IMG/VR virus record: IMGVR_UViG_3300018494_000126
Length of the DNA stretch: 64,000 nucleotides
Reading direction: 5' to 3' (one strand)
From: a virus
The position numbers and the translations under genes are program-made. The notes under the pieces are model-generated. The model searched no databases. It had not been told where the DNA came from and saw only the letters and a program-made list of their open reading frames with translations. Below, piece by piece: positions 29,903-39,735 of the stretch; the stretch's first letter is position 1; the number at the start of each line of letters is the position of its first letter.

Positions 29903-30415
29903 ATGAATACAGATATATTATATTTTGCAAAGGTGCGACCTGATGCAATTATTCCAACTAAAAATGAAGAAGATGCAGGCTATGATTTATACGCTAATTT
30001 TCCGCAGGAATGTATTTATATAGAATCTGGACAAACAGTAATGATTCCTACTGGTATAGCAACAGCATTTAGTGATGATTATGTGTTTATTTTAAAAGAA
30101 CGTGGTTCAACAGGAACGAAAGGAATGTCACAGATGGCTGGAGTAATTGATTCTGGTTATCGTGGAGAAATTGTTGCCCCTATTACCAATTTGGGCAAAC
30201 GCGATATTATCATTTCCAAATTATCTAGAGAAGAACATATACACAAATATGGGCTATATTATTCAGATTGTCTTTTCTATCCTTATTCTAAAGCAATTGC
30301 TCAAGGCATCTTATTTAAACTCCCAAAGCTCAATACAGAAGAAATTAGTTATGATGAATTATCCAAAATTCCATCTCTTAGAGGTGTGGGTAAATTGGGT
30401 AGTAGCGGAAAGTAA
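29903..30415 (+). CDS. dut: dUTP diphosphatase
   Basis: dUTPase motifs AGYDL, ERGSTG, GVIDSGYRGE. Confidence 0.85.
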   Translation: MNTDILYFAKVRPDAIIPTKNEEDAGYDLYANFPQECIYIESGQTVMIPTGIATAFSDDYVFILKERGSTGTKGMSQMAGVIDSGYRGEIVAPITNLGKRDIIISKLSREEHIHKYGLYYSDCLFYPYSKAIAQGILFKLPKLNTEEISYDELSKIPSLRGVGKLGSSGK

Positions 30416-30426
30416 TGAGATAGGAT

Positions 30427-30642
30427 GTGAAGAATATGAACAATTATGATTGGATAAATATTAAGTCGTGTGACGATAGAATAGCCGACTATATCACAAT
30501 GAAAATGGAAATGCAACTACAAAGATGTGATGGTTGCATGGTATGCAGTGGAGAACGTTGTGATATTTATACCAGCACAGCAGAAGAAATGCAACTGGGT
30601 AAATATTTAATTAATCAAGAAGTGGGAAATTATTATGAATGA
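30427..30642 (+). CDS. hypothetical Cys-containing protein
   Basis: 71 aa, CDGCMVCSGERC. Confidence 0.35.
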   Translation: MKNMNNYDWINIKSCDDRIADYITMKMEMQLQRCDGCMVCSGERCDIYTSTAEEMQLGKYLINQEVGNYYE

Positions 30643-30850
30643 TGTATTGGCGGCAAAAGTTTTAATGTCACATCTTCCAGAAATAACCGATGGAGCATAT
30701 AAAACTGCAATTGAGATTGCTATTGAAACTTTATTTCAAGACGCTTTGTATTGGTATAACGAATTAGATAAAGATAAGATGAAACCTTGGGAATATTTAG
30801 GATTAACACCCGAAGAATATGACTATTGGGTGTACGGAATTAAGGGGTAA
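30635..30850 (+). CDS. hypothetical protein
   Basis: 71 aa, start overlaps previous stop. Confidence 0.35.
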   Translation: MNDVLAAKVLMSHLPEITDGAYKTAIEIAIETLFQDALYWYNELDKDKMKPWEYLGLTPEEYDYWVYGIKG

Positions 30851-31099
30851 TAAAAGATGTATTTTATGAAAATTATGAATGGATTATGTGCCGTAATTTG
30901 GGCTTATGAAATATTGAGAAGTATTTGTTGTTGGATAAAGGGAATTAATATACATCCTAGTACACATATATGCGCTGCGTTGATATGTGTAGTGTATTTT
31001 ATTAATTATTATATATATTGGGGAAATAAATAAAGAAAAATCAACCCCAAACAATGATATAACAATATCGATTCTATTATGGTTTTGAGGTGATAGAGA

Positions 31100-31288
31100 A
31101 TGGTTTGGTTTGGAGATAGAAAGAAAATAGAAGAGGCATATAAAGAGTGGTTAAAAGAAAATCCACAAGTAGCAGATTGCCCGTTTAATGTCATCTCTTT
31201 TATGGTTGGAGAAGGATTAGTTAAGAGCAGAACAGAGACGGATTTCTATGAGAGAGGTAAAGCGAATGACATTCGAGACAACATTTAA
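31100..31288 (+). CDS. hypothetical protein
   Basis: 62-aa ORF. Confidence 0.3.
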   Translation: MVWFGDRKKIEEAYKEWLKENPQVADCPFNVISFMVGEGLVKSRTETDFYERGKANDIRDNI

Positions 31289-31499
31289 TGTACCTGCACA
31301 GTTAATTATGAATGGAAAAACAATTGATGTTATGGTACAAACGGTATCTACAAGAGATGAAGAAACTCCAATAGTTCATGAAGAAAAATATAAGGACAGT
31401 AATGGGAAGGTGTTTGTAGAATCACACATTATAGGTAAGAACATTCAAACTGTAACAACATTTAAATGTGTGAAGATAGAGAATAAAAGGGTGTTTTAG
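31248..31499 (+). CDS. hypothetical protein
   Basis: 83-aa ORF. Confidence 0.4.
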   Translation: MREVKRMTFETTFNVPAQLIMNGKTIDVMVQTVSTRDEETPIVHEEKYKDSNGKVFVESHIIGKNIQTVTTFKCVKIENKRVF

Positions 31500-31534
31500 T
31501 CATGAAATTTTCATTTTATCAGGAGGAGAAGAAA

Positions 31535-31912
31535 ATGATATATACAAGTTATTTTGCAAAATTAAAATCATTACCAGATAACATTGTACCAATCTCAATT
31601 TGTGGCAAAGCACCTGATTGGTATAAGGGATTGCAGTATAAGAAGTTAGCACCAAAGTATGACTTTTTTATGAAATGGAAAGAGAATCATGATAACGACT
31701 ACTATATTAAATGCTTTAATGAGCAAGTGTTAGATAAGCTGAACGCAACGGATGTTGTTTTAGATTTTTCAAGATTATCGTATGACTACAATATTGGTGA
31801 GAAAGATGTGTGTCTGATTTGTTATGAAAAACCTTCTGATTTCTGTCATAGACATTTGGTAGCTGATTGGTTGAACGAGAATGGTTTTAAGTGCGAGGAG
31901 TGGATTGGATAA
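31535..31912 (+). CDS. DUF488 family protein
   Basis: C-terminal CLICYEKPSDFCHRHLVADWL matches the DUF488 CxEk...CHR signature; start taken at the ATG after AGGAGGAG. Confidence 0.6.
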   Translation: MIYTSYFAKLKSLPDNIVPISICGKAPDWYKGLQYKKLAPKYDFFMKWKENHDNDYYIKCFNEQVLDKLNATDVVLDFSRLSYDYNIGEKDVCLICYEKPSDFCHRHLVADWLNENGFKCEEWIG

Positions 31913-31933
31913 AACAACTCTTTTATTGAGAAA

Positions 31934-32116
31934 ATGGAGGTAGAAATGAAGAAAATCAAACAGTTTTTATGCGGATTAACAAATCATAAATTCAAAAGTA
32001 ATGATACAGATTGTAAATATGATGATGTAAATAAGACATGTACTATTACAGAAACTTGTTGTAAGTGTGGTAAGAAATTTTCATTTACTGCACCGTCAAA
32101 GAACTTTGGCATTTAA
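31934..32116 (+). CDS. small zinc-ribbon protein
   Basis: 60 aa, C..C ... CCKCGKK. Confidence 0.35.
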   Translation: MEVEMKKIKQFLCGLTNHKFKSNDTDCKYDDVNKTCTITETCCKCGKKFSFTAPSKNFGI

Positions 32117-32129
32117 TGAGGTGACCTAT

Positions 32130-32381
32130 ATGAATACAGAAAGAATGATTAATGAATTAAGAAGATTAGCAGAAAAACATAAAAACGATAGAGTAGGAAC
32201 TTGTGAAAACAATTGGTCTGTCATGTGTCATGACGTGGCTAATAGGCTTGAAGAATTGAACAATGTTGTTAGTAAGTTATACGACATTGAAAAACAAGGT
32301 TATGTTTTAACTTTGGATGAAGAAAAAGATGGAGTTTCAGTGGAAACGTTATTGCCAATTAAGGATATATTAGGATACTAA
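32130..32381 (+). CDS. hypothetical protein
   Basis: In-frame ATG with upstream GAGGTGA; the track's earlier start overlaps the previous ORF. Confidence 0.4.
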   Translation: MNTERMINELRRLAEKHKNDRVGTCENNWSVMCHDVANRLEELNNVVSKLYDIEKQGYVLTLDEEKDGVSVETLLPIKDILGY

Positions 32382-32632
32382 AGAGTATTTTAGATAGAAA
32401 ACAGCAATAGAATTTTGCTTTTATTGGAGAAATGATGAGTGATAAGAATTATGAATTATATAAAAAATATAGAGTAGATATTTTTAATACGATTTGGGAT
32501 TCTTTGATGAATTATATAAGTGACCCCACCGACGAAGTAATAGTAAACGAAAAACTTAAAATCCATCAACATCTTAAAGAGTTAGGATTTGATTTAAAAG
32601 AATCAAACTAATATTTGATTTTGGAGTAAGCT

Positions 32633-32890
32633 ATGAAATTAAAAGAAGCATTGGAAATAGGAATAGATTGTGGACTTGAAACTGCAAGAGAATGTATTAG
32701 GAATGTTGACCTTCATGCAGGAATGTTTTTTTCTTGGGATATGATATCTATGGAATTAGATGATTTATACACAGAGGCAGAAGAACTTGTATCTGAAACA
32801 AATTTTACAATGGATGATAGTGCTAAAGTTATCTTGGATTGGTTAAATATTGAAGATGATGGAATAGATACAAGAGACTTACCGCTATAA
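32633..32890 (+). CDS. hypothetical acidic protein
   Basis: 85-aa ORF. Confidence 0.4.
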   Translation: MKLKEALEIGIDCGLETARECIRNVDLHAGMFFSWDMISMELDDLYTEAEELVSETNFTMDDSAKVILDWLNIEDDGIDTRDLPL

Positions 32891-33304
32891 AATTAACGTT
32901 TGGTCAGGAGAAGGGATTGATGTGATGACGCTTGAAGATATTAGAAACGACACAGAGCATGATAGTTATATCTGCAATTATATAAATAAAGATGGAGAAG
33001 CTGATTGGATTATATTGTCTAAACATCAAATTTTGAATTGTGAATGGGCACAATTTTATTTTAATGGCGGGTATAAAGAAACTAGATAAAATAAATCTTT
33101 GATAAGGAGGATAATTATGACACCATATGAAATAGTTGACAATTTAGATTGTCTTGCAGACGAATTAGATGAGCTTAGTTACGGTGGTTATTATGAAGAT
33201 TTGGTTGCCGCTATGAGTTTAATATGTGAAACATTTAGCATCGAAAAGAAACAATTTAGAGCACTTAATAGTAAATAAAAACAAAGTTTGATAGGAGATA
33301 AAGT

Positions 33305-34093
33305 ATGGCATATATAAAAGAATATTGGGAAAACAAAGACCAAAGAGCACAGAGAGCAAGAAAACATACTACTGAAATGCAGAAATTACACGGAGATAAA
33401 ATTACACAATCCATCAAGAATACTAAAATTTATGATACTGATTTTATATGTAACGGAGATATTGTAAACGAATTAGAAGAACCTACAAAAATCATAGTTG
33501 CAGATGCGGATACGGTTATGGCATCCGGTAAATACTCAGATGGTAAAACTGCATTACTAAATTTTTCATCATACAAGAATCCTGGTGGTATGTTTCTTAA
33601 TGGTAGTAAAGCGCAGGAAGAATGTTTGTGTCATGATTCTTACTTATATAATGTTCTATCTCAGTTTGTTAAAGATTTTTATGATTGGAATAATCAGCAT
33701 AAGAACAAAGCGTTATATTTGAATCGTGGTTTATATACCCCGAATATTGTATTTCAATATGATGGGTCTGAAATCTATCGTGACGTAATTACATGTGCAG
33801 CTCCCAACAAATCAGCGGCGCAAAAGTATCAGAATGTTTCTGATACAGAGAATACAAAAGTTTTAAAATCAAGAATTAAATTTGTACTTGATATTGCAAA
33901 GGATAATGAAGTGGAAGTACTTATCTTAGGGGCATATGGTTGTGGTGTGTTCGGACAGAATCCTGTAGAAGTCGCAATGATTTTTAAGGAGTGTTTAGAA
34001 ACAACGTATAAGAATTGTTTTAGAAAAGTTGTATTCGCAATTCCAAGTGGTAGAGATGGTAATTTAGAAGCTTTTAAATCGGTATTTGAGTAA
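33305..34093 (+). CDS. microbial PARG-like macrodomain protein (DUF2263/TIGR02452 type)
   Basis: LLNFSSYKNPGGMFLNGSKAQEECLCHDSYLY matches the bacterial PARG signature NFA.AKNPGGGFL.GA.AQEE...S.LY (GGG-X6-8-QEE). Confidence 0.7.
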   Translation: MAYIKEYWENKDQRAQRARKHTTEMQKLHGDKITQSIKNTKIYDTDFICNGDIVNELEEPTKIIVADADTVMASGKYSDGKTALLNFSSYKNPGGMFLNGSKAQEECLCHDSYLYNVLSQFVKDFYDWNNQHKNKALYLNRGLYTPNIVFQYDGSEIYRDVITCAAPNKSAAQKYQNVSDTENTKVLKSRIKFVLDIAKDNEVEVLILGAYGCGVFGQNPVEVAMIFKECLETTYKNCFRKVVFAIPSGRDGNLEAFKSVFE

Positions 34094-34490
34094 ATAAAAT
34101 AACACTTTGGTTGGGAAAATGGAGGTAAAAATATGATTACACCACCACCCTTAAAAATTAATATTGAAGATAATAACGATATAAAAAGAGAAGAAGTTGA
34201 TGAAGCAATATTAGAAGAAATAAATAAGATATTAGAGATACTGCCAGAATATATTGGCGTTTAGTTCTTCTAAATAAAAACAGAACTTGATTTTGAATTG
34301 AGGTGATTTTTGTGGGAGTAAAAGTAACAATAGAAAGAAGAGCAGATGGTTATGATTGTTGGGGTAGAACAGAATATGAAGATTTTTATGTTGTAACAAA
34401 TGATAAAGGAAAGGTTGTTTATAATTCCAAGTACGACCCAACTAATTTAATTAAGGAATTGACAAATAATAAAGAGGATTAACAAGAAAT

Positions 34491-34862
34491 ATGGATTATA
34501 AGATTCTATTTTTGATAGGTATGATTTTCTGTCATATAGTTGATGATTATTACTTACAAGGTTGTTTAGCGGCTATGAAACAAAAAGAGTGGTGGGAGAA
34601 TACAAAACCTTTATATAAGCACGATTACATAATGGCATTATTCATGCATAGTTTTAGTTGGGCATTTAGTATTACATTACTTCCTACCTTGTATTTAATC
34701 TTATATGGCGGAAACTGGAGCATATCACTTTTTATTGTAAATGTCATAGCGCATATGTTTATAGATGATTTAAAGGCAAATCAGAAGAAAATAAATTTAG
34801 TTACAGACCAAAGTCTACATCTGCTACAGATAGTGGGAACATGGCTCTGTTATATGTACTAG
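34491..34862 (+). CDS. membrane protein (DUF3307-like)
   Basis: HIVDDYYLQG motif plus three or four hydrophobic helices. Confidence 0.45.
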   Translation: MDYKILFLIGMIFCHIVDDYYLQGCLAAMKQKEWWENTKPLYKHDYIMALFMHSFSWAFSITLLPTLYLILYGGNWSISLFIVNVIAHMFIDDLKANQKKINLVTDQSLHLLQIVGTWLCYMY

Positions 34863-34866
34863 CAGA

Positions 34867-35367
34867 TTGGAGAAAAAGATGAATTTATTTAAAAAGAAAA
34901 AAGCAAAATATCATAAATTGGATAGAGGATTGTTGGCCGAAGCTATAACAATCTATTCTAACAATATTGATTTAAAATCGGTATGTAATTGTGTATCACA
35001 TGTTAATGAGGCCATTCGTTTGAATGATGTTCTTGTGCTAAAAATACCTTATCTCCACCATCATCTTGGTGCTTATTCCCATTTTTATAGTATGGAAGTT
35101 AAAACATATGTGGAAGGAATTCAGATGGCAGAATACCAATTTGAATTAGATATGGGACTTGATAGTAGAATTTATAGACGATGGGATTGCAGTAATAAAA
35201 AAATTATTCATTATATGCCTAACCAGTTTATTGATTTAATGAATGATTGGAGTAATAAAGTGGTTACAGAATTTCATACGAAACAGACACAAAAAATGTC
35301 GGCCCAAGAAAAAGCTGCACAACAAGTTTACAGTAATGAAGAAAAGGTGTTGGATAAATATAGATAA
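34867..35367 (+). CDS. hypothetical protein
   Basis: 166-aa ORF. Confidence 0.45.
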   Translation: MEKKMNLFKKKKAKYHKLDRGLLAEAITIYSNNIDLKSVCNCVSHVNEAIRLNDVLVLKIPYLHHHLGAYSHFYSMEVKTYVEGIQMAEYQFELDMGLDSRIYRRWDCSNKKIIHYMPNQFIDLMNDWSNKVVTEFHTKQTQKMSAQEKAAQQVYSNEEKVLDKYR

Positions 35368-35380
35368 GAGGTGATATTAC

Positions 35381-35752
35381 ATGCAGTTAAGTGATGAAGT
35401 AATTAAAATATTAGAATATTTAGGAAGTAAAATTGGATTAACAATTGATTGGACGGGTGAGAATGTTCTTCCTTATATTACCCAATTAGCTGAAAAATTT
35501 ATTAAGTGGGAAGTAGGAACTTCTATGGCTTGGATAATTATAGCGTGTGTAATCATGGTTGTTTCTTTGGTAATTACAATCTGTATACATATTTGGGGTG
35601 ATTGGTATGGTATGGAGTGGGGATTGTTCTGTGTGGTCATGTTTTTTATGCTTGGCGTATGTGGTATGCAAATCTTTGACATTATCGAATGTAATACATT
35701 TCCTGAAAAAGCGATATACGATTATATACAATTACAATTGAGGAATTCATAA
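35381..35752 (+). CDS. membrane protein
   Basis: Two long hydrophobic segments. Confidence 0.45.
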   Translation: MQLSDEVIKILEYLGSKIGLTIDWTGENVLPYITQLAEKFIKWEVGTSMAWIIIACVIMVVSLVITICIHIWGDWYGMEWGLFCVVMFFMLGVCGMQIFDIIECNTFPEKAIYDYIQLQLRNS

Positions 35753-36109
35753 ATGAAAAAATATATTACATTATTTTTATTATTATTGATACATCTTTGT
35801 ATTTTAGCAGGTTGTACTAAATGCATTAACACAGAATATAAAGAAGTGGAAGTCAATATTATTGATGAATATTACAAACCTAGTTACACAACGGTTCAAT
35901 ATAATGTCACGTTAAAAATGCCAATGACTAAATCTCATCCTGCTGTATATCGTATCACTGTTGAATATGACGGTATCAATTATGTAATGAGTGGTAGTTC
36001 AACTTATAATAAATATAAAGATAAGGTTGGAGAAGTGTGTACAGGTAGTTTGGAAGTTCGTAGTTATGATGATGGCACGAAAAAATATCGAATTGTTTCA
36101 TTAAAATAG
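35753..36109 (+). CDS. lipoprotein
   Basis: Signal peptide with lipobox LAGC (MKKYITLFLLLLIHLCILAGCTK). Confidence 0.55.
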   Translation: MKKYITLFLLLLIHLCILAGCTKCINTEYKEVEVNIIDEYYKPSYTTVQYNVTLKMPMTKSHPAVYRITVEYDGINYVMSGSSTYNKYKDKVGEVCTGSLEVRSYDDGTKKYRIVSLK

Positions 36110-36361
36110 GAGAAATAAATGGTTTTAAAATATAATACAGAGGGTAAAAACACAACAGTGGAAAGACTTTATGAAAATGATAATTGGGTAGTTGATAAAT
36201 TAGGGGATAGTATTAGAATTTCATATTTTGAAAATAACCATTTTGTAGATGAATTAATAATTGTAAAAGAAGTATTTGAGGAGAATTAAATGTATATATT
36301 CGTTATTTTATCTCCGATGTGTATACGGCTATTTACAAGAATTTGTCGGTAGTAAACGAAA

Positions 36362-36781
36362 ATGAAAGTAGGTGTGGATATGATATTTGAATTTTATGTT
36401 CTCAATTATCATGTGAATAAACACAGAGTAGAAATGTTTAATATATTTGATAATTATCATGTACAAAAACATACTGAGAAAGCGGTAAAAAAATATTTAC
36501 GCAATCCCAAAAATTTTACGTATAAATCTTATCATCCATATGAAAAAACCTTTGAAGGTTTTGAAGCTCTTGTAAAAGAAATTGATTCAATAATCTGTTG
36601 GCAAGAATTTTCAAGAGTTGAATATGAATGTAGCGCAGGATACGCTTTTGAAACTGATTGTAACAAATTACAAAAAATAGATTGCTATTATCAAGCCCAT
36701 GCAAACATTAGAACTATTACATATGAAGTTATACGTCAATATAAACAGCAATTAAAGGAGAATAAGAAAAATGTACAGTAA
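36362..36781 (+). CDS. hypothetical protein
   Basis: 139-aa ORF. Confidence 0.4.
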   Translation: MKVGVDMIFEFYVLNYHVNKHRVEMFNIFDNYHVQKHTEKAVKKYLRNPKNFTYKSYHPYEKTFEGFEALVKEIDSIICWQEFSRVEYECSAGYAFETDCNKLQKIDCYYQAHANIRTITYEVIRQYKQQLKENKKNVQ

Positions 36782-37049
36782 AAAATATCGTTTAGATAGA
36801 ATAGAAGAATTTAATCGTCCTAACCCGTTATATCTTGATTTGGCTGGATGTACATGTTATTTGGCTTATTTCAATGTGGGTGAAAGAGGTTGGTTTTTAT
36901 ATCAGACTAATAACTGTTTAGATGACATGCATAGAATACATACTTCTACAGTTTGTGATGTGGTTTATTTAGACAACTGGCCTGCTAATCAAATAGTAGT
37001 AACCACTAAGAACACAAAATTCACTTTTACACAGATTGTGGAGGAATAA
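36771..37049 (+). CDS. hypothetical protein
   Basis: 92-aa ORF overlapping the upstream stop. Confidence 0.4.
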   Translation: MYSKKYRLDRIEEFNRPNPLYLDLAGCTCYLAYFNVGERGWFLYQTNNCLDDMHRIHTSTVCDVVYLDNWPANQIVVTTKNTKFTFTQIVEE

Positions 37050-37397
37050 ATGGTAAGAGTATATACAGAAGAATGGAATGGTTTTCAATTCAGAGCACCC
37101 ACATATTTAGATGGTCATTTTGAACCGTTTAAATTTGATTTGATTAAATGGGAAGACCATATACCACATGAAGTTACAGATTTTTATACTGGCGAAAAAC
37201 GAATAAGCTACAGACATTGTTTCACTATAGCAACTTTAACTTGGAATTCAAAAGAATACGGATTTGAATTTGAGAGTTGTGGTTTACGTTATTTAGAGCA
37301 TCGAGTTGACGGATTAGAAGAATTTATATTGGATTTTTGCGAAATGATGAAACAGTCGTTAAGAGGGACGGAGGATTATATTTATGAAAAAAATTAA
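37050..37397 (+). CDS. hypothetical protein
   Basis: 115-aa ORF. Confidence 0.4.
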   Translation: MVRVYTEEWNGFQFRAPTYLDGHFEPFKFDLIKWEDHIPHEVTDFYTGEKRISYRHCFTIATLTWNSKEYGFEFESCGLRYLEHRVDGLEEFILDFCEMMKQSLRGTEDYIYEKN

Positions 37398-37779
37398 TAA
37401 TAAAACAATTGGTTGGTATCTATTACGTTGGGGCGGGTTCTTACTTTATATGATTTGCTCAGGTGTAGTACTAAGTCGTACAGATATAGTAACATATGCT
37501 TATGCTGTTGGGGCGGGCATCGGAACTCTATTTTTTGGTATGAGTGAAATAATTGAAGATAGAAAAATGAGGATAAAAAACATGAATCTAACAGCAGAAC
37601 AGGCGCGCGCAATACAAAATGATAACAAGCGTTTTTATTATTGTTTCAATTCAGAAGATGGACTAGAAGAATTAGGTATTATAATTGGTGTCAATCATCC
37701 TTTATATGAAGAACTTAATAAAAAAATTGATTGTTATAATTATAGAGGAAAGAAAAATGAAAAAACGAGACAGATATAA
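37384..37779 (+). CDS. membrane protein
   Basis: N-terminal TM segments. Confidence 0.4.
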   Translation: MKKINNKTIGWYLLRWGGFLLYMICSGVVLSRTDIVTYAYAVGAGIGTLFFGMSEIIEDRKMRIKNMNLTAEQARAIQNDNKRFYYCFNSEDGLEELGIIIGVNHPLYEELNKKIDCYNYRGKKNEKTRQI

Positions 37780-37856
37780 ACTCTTGAACCACGCTAAAGA
37801 AGATTATTCACAACGGGTTTGGTTTAATGTCTATACACAGAAAAGAGGTGATTATT

Positions 37857-38624
37857 ATGTCTATTTGGGTAACGGGAGATATACATGGTAACCCCGTTAG
37901 ATTTAGTACAGATAATTTTTATGAACAAAAGGGGTTTAGCGGCAATAAAGATGAAAATGTAGTCATTATTCTTGGTGATTTTGGAATTATATGGCACAGA
38001 GAAGAAACCAGACAGGAAAAATATTTGTTAGATTGGTTAGAAGAAAAACCGTTTACCACTATTTTTGTAGATGGTAATCATGACAATATCCCTCGTTTAG
38101 ACACATTCCCAATTAAAGAATGGAATGGGGGATTGGTTAATGAACTACGTCCTCACGTTTTACGATTAAGAAGAGGGGAAATATTTACAATAGAAGATAA
38201 AAAATTCTTTGCTTTTGGCGGTGCAAGTTCTCACGATATTTCAGACGGTATTCTTGATTATGAAGATGAAGATTGGAGAGATAAAGCAAAGGCATTAGAT
38301 AAGCAAGGTAAATATATGTATCAAATTAAAGGATTGTCTTGGTGGGAGCACGAACTTCCTTCAGAAGAAGAAATGCAGAATGGGTGGAATAATTTAAGAA
38401 AACATAATTATAAGGTTGATTATATTATTACACATAGCCCTTCTGCTAGTGTAATTGCACTATTGGGTCATGGTTTATATAACCAAGATATATTAACTAC
38501 ATATTTAGAGGAAGTGCGACAAAAGACAGAGTTTAATAAACACCTATGTGGACATATGCATATTAATTATGTTGTAAACGATAAAGATATTCTTCTATAT
38601 GAACAGATTAGTAGAATTAATTAA
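37857..38624 (+). CDS. Ser/Thr-phosphatase-like metallophosphoesterase (second paralog)
   Basis: GDIHG, GDFGIIW, GNHD motifs (PP-lambda-like); start taken at the ATG after AGAGGTG. Confidence 0.75.
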   Translation: MSIWVTGDIHGNPVRFSTDNFYEQKGFSGNKDENVVIILGDFGIIWHREETRQEKYLLDWLEEKPFTTIFVDGNHDNIPRLDTFPIKEWNGGLVNELRPHVLRLRRGEIFTIEDKKFFAFGGASSHDISDGILDYEDEDWRDKAKALDKQGKYMYQIKGLSWWEHELPSEEEMQNGWNNLRKHNYKVDYIITHSPSASVIALLGHGLYNQDILTTYLEEVRQKTEFNKHLCGHMHINYVVNDKDILLYEQISRIN

Positions 38625-38633
38625 TATATTGCC

Positions 38634-38816
38634 TTGGAGGTACAGATGACACCTAGTAAATGTAATATGGCATATCATAGATATTGCCGCAAAGCTTCAT
38701 TAGGCTATTGTAACGCTAGTGAGATAGAATTAGAACATTGTCCATATTTACAAGCAATTAAAGAAATTGCACGATTGTCAATCCAAATACCTGATAAAGA
38801 GGAGGAAATTAGATGA
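38634..38816 (+). CDS. Cys-rich small protein
   Basis: CNMAYHRYC...CNASEIELEHC. Confidence 0.35.
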   Translation: MEVQMTPSKCNMAYHRYCRKASLGYCNASEIELEHCPYLQAIKEIARLSIQIPDKEEEIR

Positions 38817-39358
38817 ATTCATTAAGATTTGTACAACAACGAATACATTCTCCCAATTATACTTATCAATTGACTGATGATTATAATATACATTCATTAC
38901 CCTTTTTTGAAATGGCACAGAATTTTTTACCGAACAAAGTGATTACAAGGTATCAAGATACTCATGAGATAATTGTTACAGTACCTGAAGGAGAAATGAT
39001 GAATGAAGTAGGAGAACTGCTTCATCTTACCAATTATAATATTCATCTCAAATATGACCCCGATGCAGATTTTGAGTATGTAACTTCTGAACGCATTACA
39101 CATGATGGTACAGCAACATTTGTTATTTATCTTTATTCTAAAGTTCTGAATAATATCTTATTTGGTCAAACTCATGACCGCACAAAAATTCCAGAAGATT
39201 TTTATAACAATATAAATGATTATAAGATTGAGATTGTTCATGGCGATTTTGTACAGATAACTGAACATGGCGCTTTTGGCGATACAACTAAACCTTGGCT
39301 ACATGCACGCGATACGGTATTATTACCCGTTATTTGGAATTGTTACAAGATAAAATAA
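38813..39358 (+). CDS. hypothetical protein
   Basis: 181-aa ORF. Confidence 0.5.
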   Translation: MNSLRFVQQRIHSPNYTYQLTDDYNIHSLPFFEMAQNFLPNKVITRYQDTHEIIVTVPEGEMMNEVGELLHLTNYNIHLKYDPDADFEYVTSERITHDGTATFVIYLYSKVLNNILFGQTHDRTKIPEDFYNNINDYKIEIVHGDFVQITEHGAFGDTTKPWLHARDTVLLPVIWNCYKIK

Positions 39359-39409
39359 TTCTAAATTTAACTAAGTGCAAAATAAAATTGAAGCAACTAC
39401 AAAAAAATA

Positions 39410-39439
39410 TTGCACAACATAGAAATAAAATTGTATAAT
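39410..39439 (+). promoter_or_regulatory. sigma70-type promoter (TTGCAC, 18 bp spacer, TGTATAAT)
   Basis: ATTGCACAACATAGAAATAAAATTGTATAATG upstream of the Crh-like gene. Confidence 0.5.
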
Positions 39440-39485
39440 GTAGTCGAATGAACTACTAAACTATGTTGAGAGAGGAGAACAAATT

Positions 39486-39734
39486 ATGAAAAATACAGTT
39501 ACTTTATATTTAAACAAAATTTCTGATATTCAGGAATTTGCTAATATTATTACTTCTTTTGCAGAAAAAGCTTTTATTACTCGTAATGGTAAAACTTTTG
39601 ATGCTAAATCAATTTTAGGTGTTATTTTATTAGGTGGTAAAGAGCCAGTAGAAGTAACATTAGATTCTGACGATGAGACAGTATTAGAAAGATTTAACTC
39701 ACAGTTACAGCCATTTTTCTATAAGGAGAAATAA
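39486..39734 (+). CDS. HPr/Crh-like phosphocarrier-fold protein (Gln at the His15 position, Ser46 region conserved)
   Basis: NGKTFDAKSILGVILLGGKEPVEVTLDSDDE aligns to HPr [33 protein letters not shown]; N-terminal ISDIQEFA corresponds to Crh GLQARPA, not HPr GIHARPA. Confidence 0.6.
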   Translation: MKNTVTLYLNKISDIQEFANIITSFAEKAFITRNGKTFDAKSILGVILLGGKEPVEVTLDSDDETVLERFNSQLQPFFYKEK

Positions 39735-39735
39735 G

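Noticed and set aside
30427-30642. NrdG activase
   Set aside because: Cysteine spacing is CxxCxxC, not the radical-SAM CxxxCxxC, and the ORF is too short. The activase is probably host-supplied.
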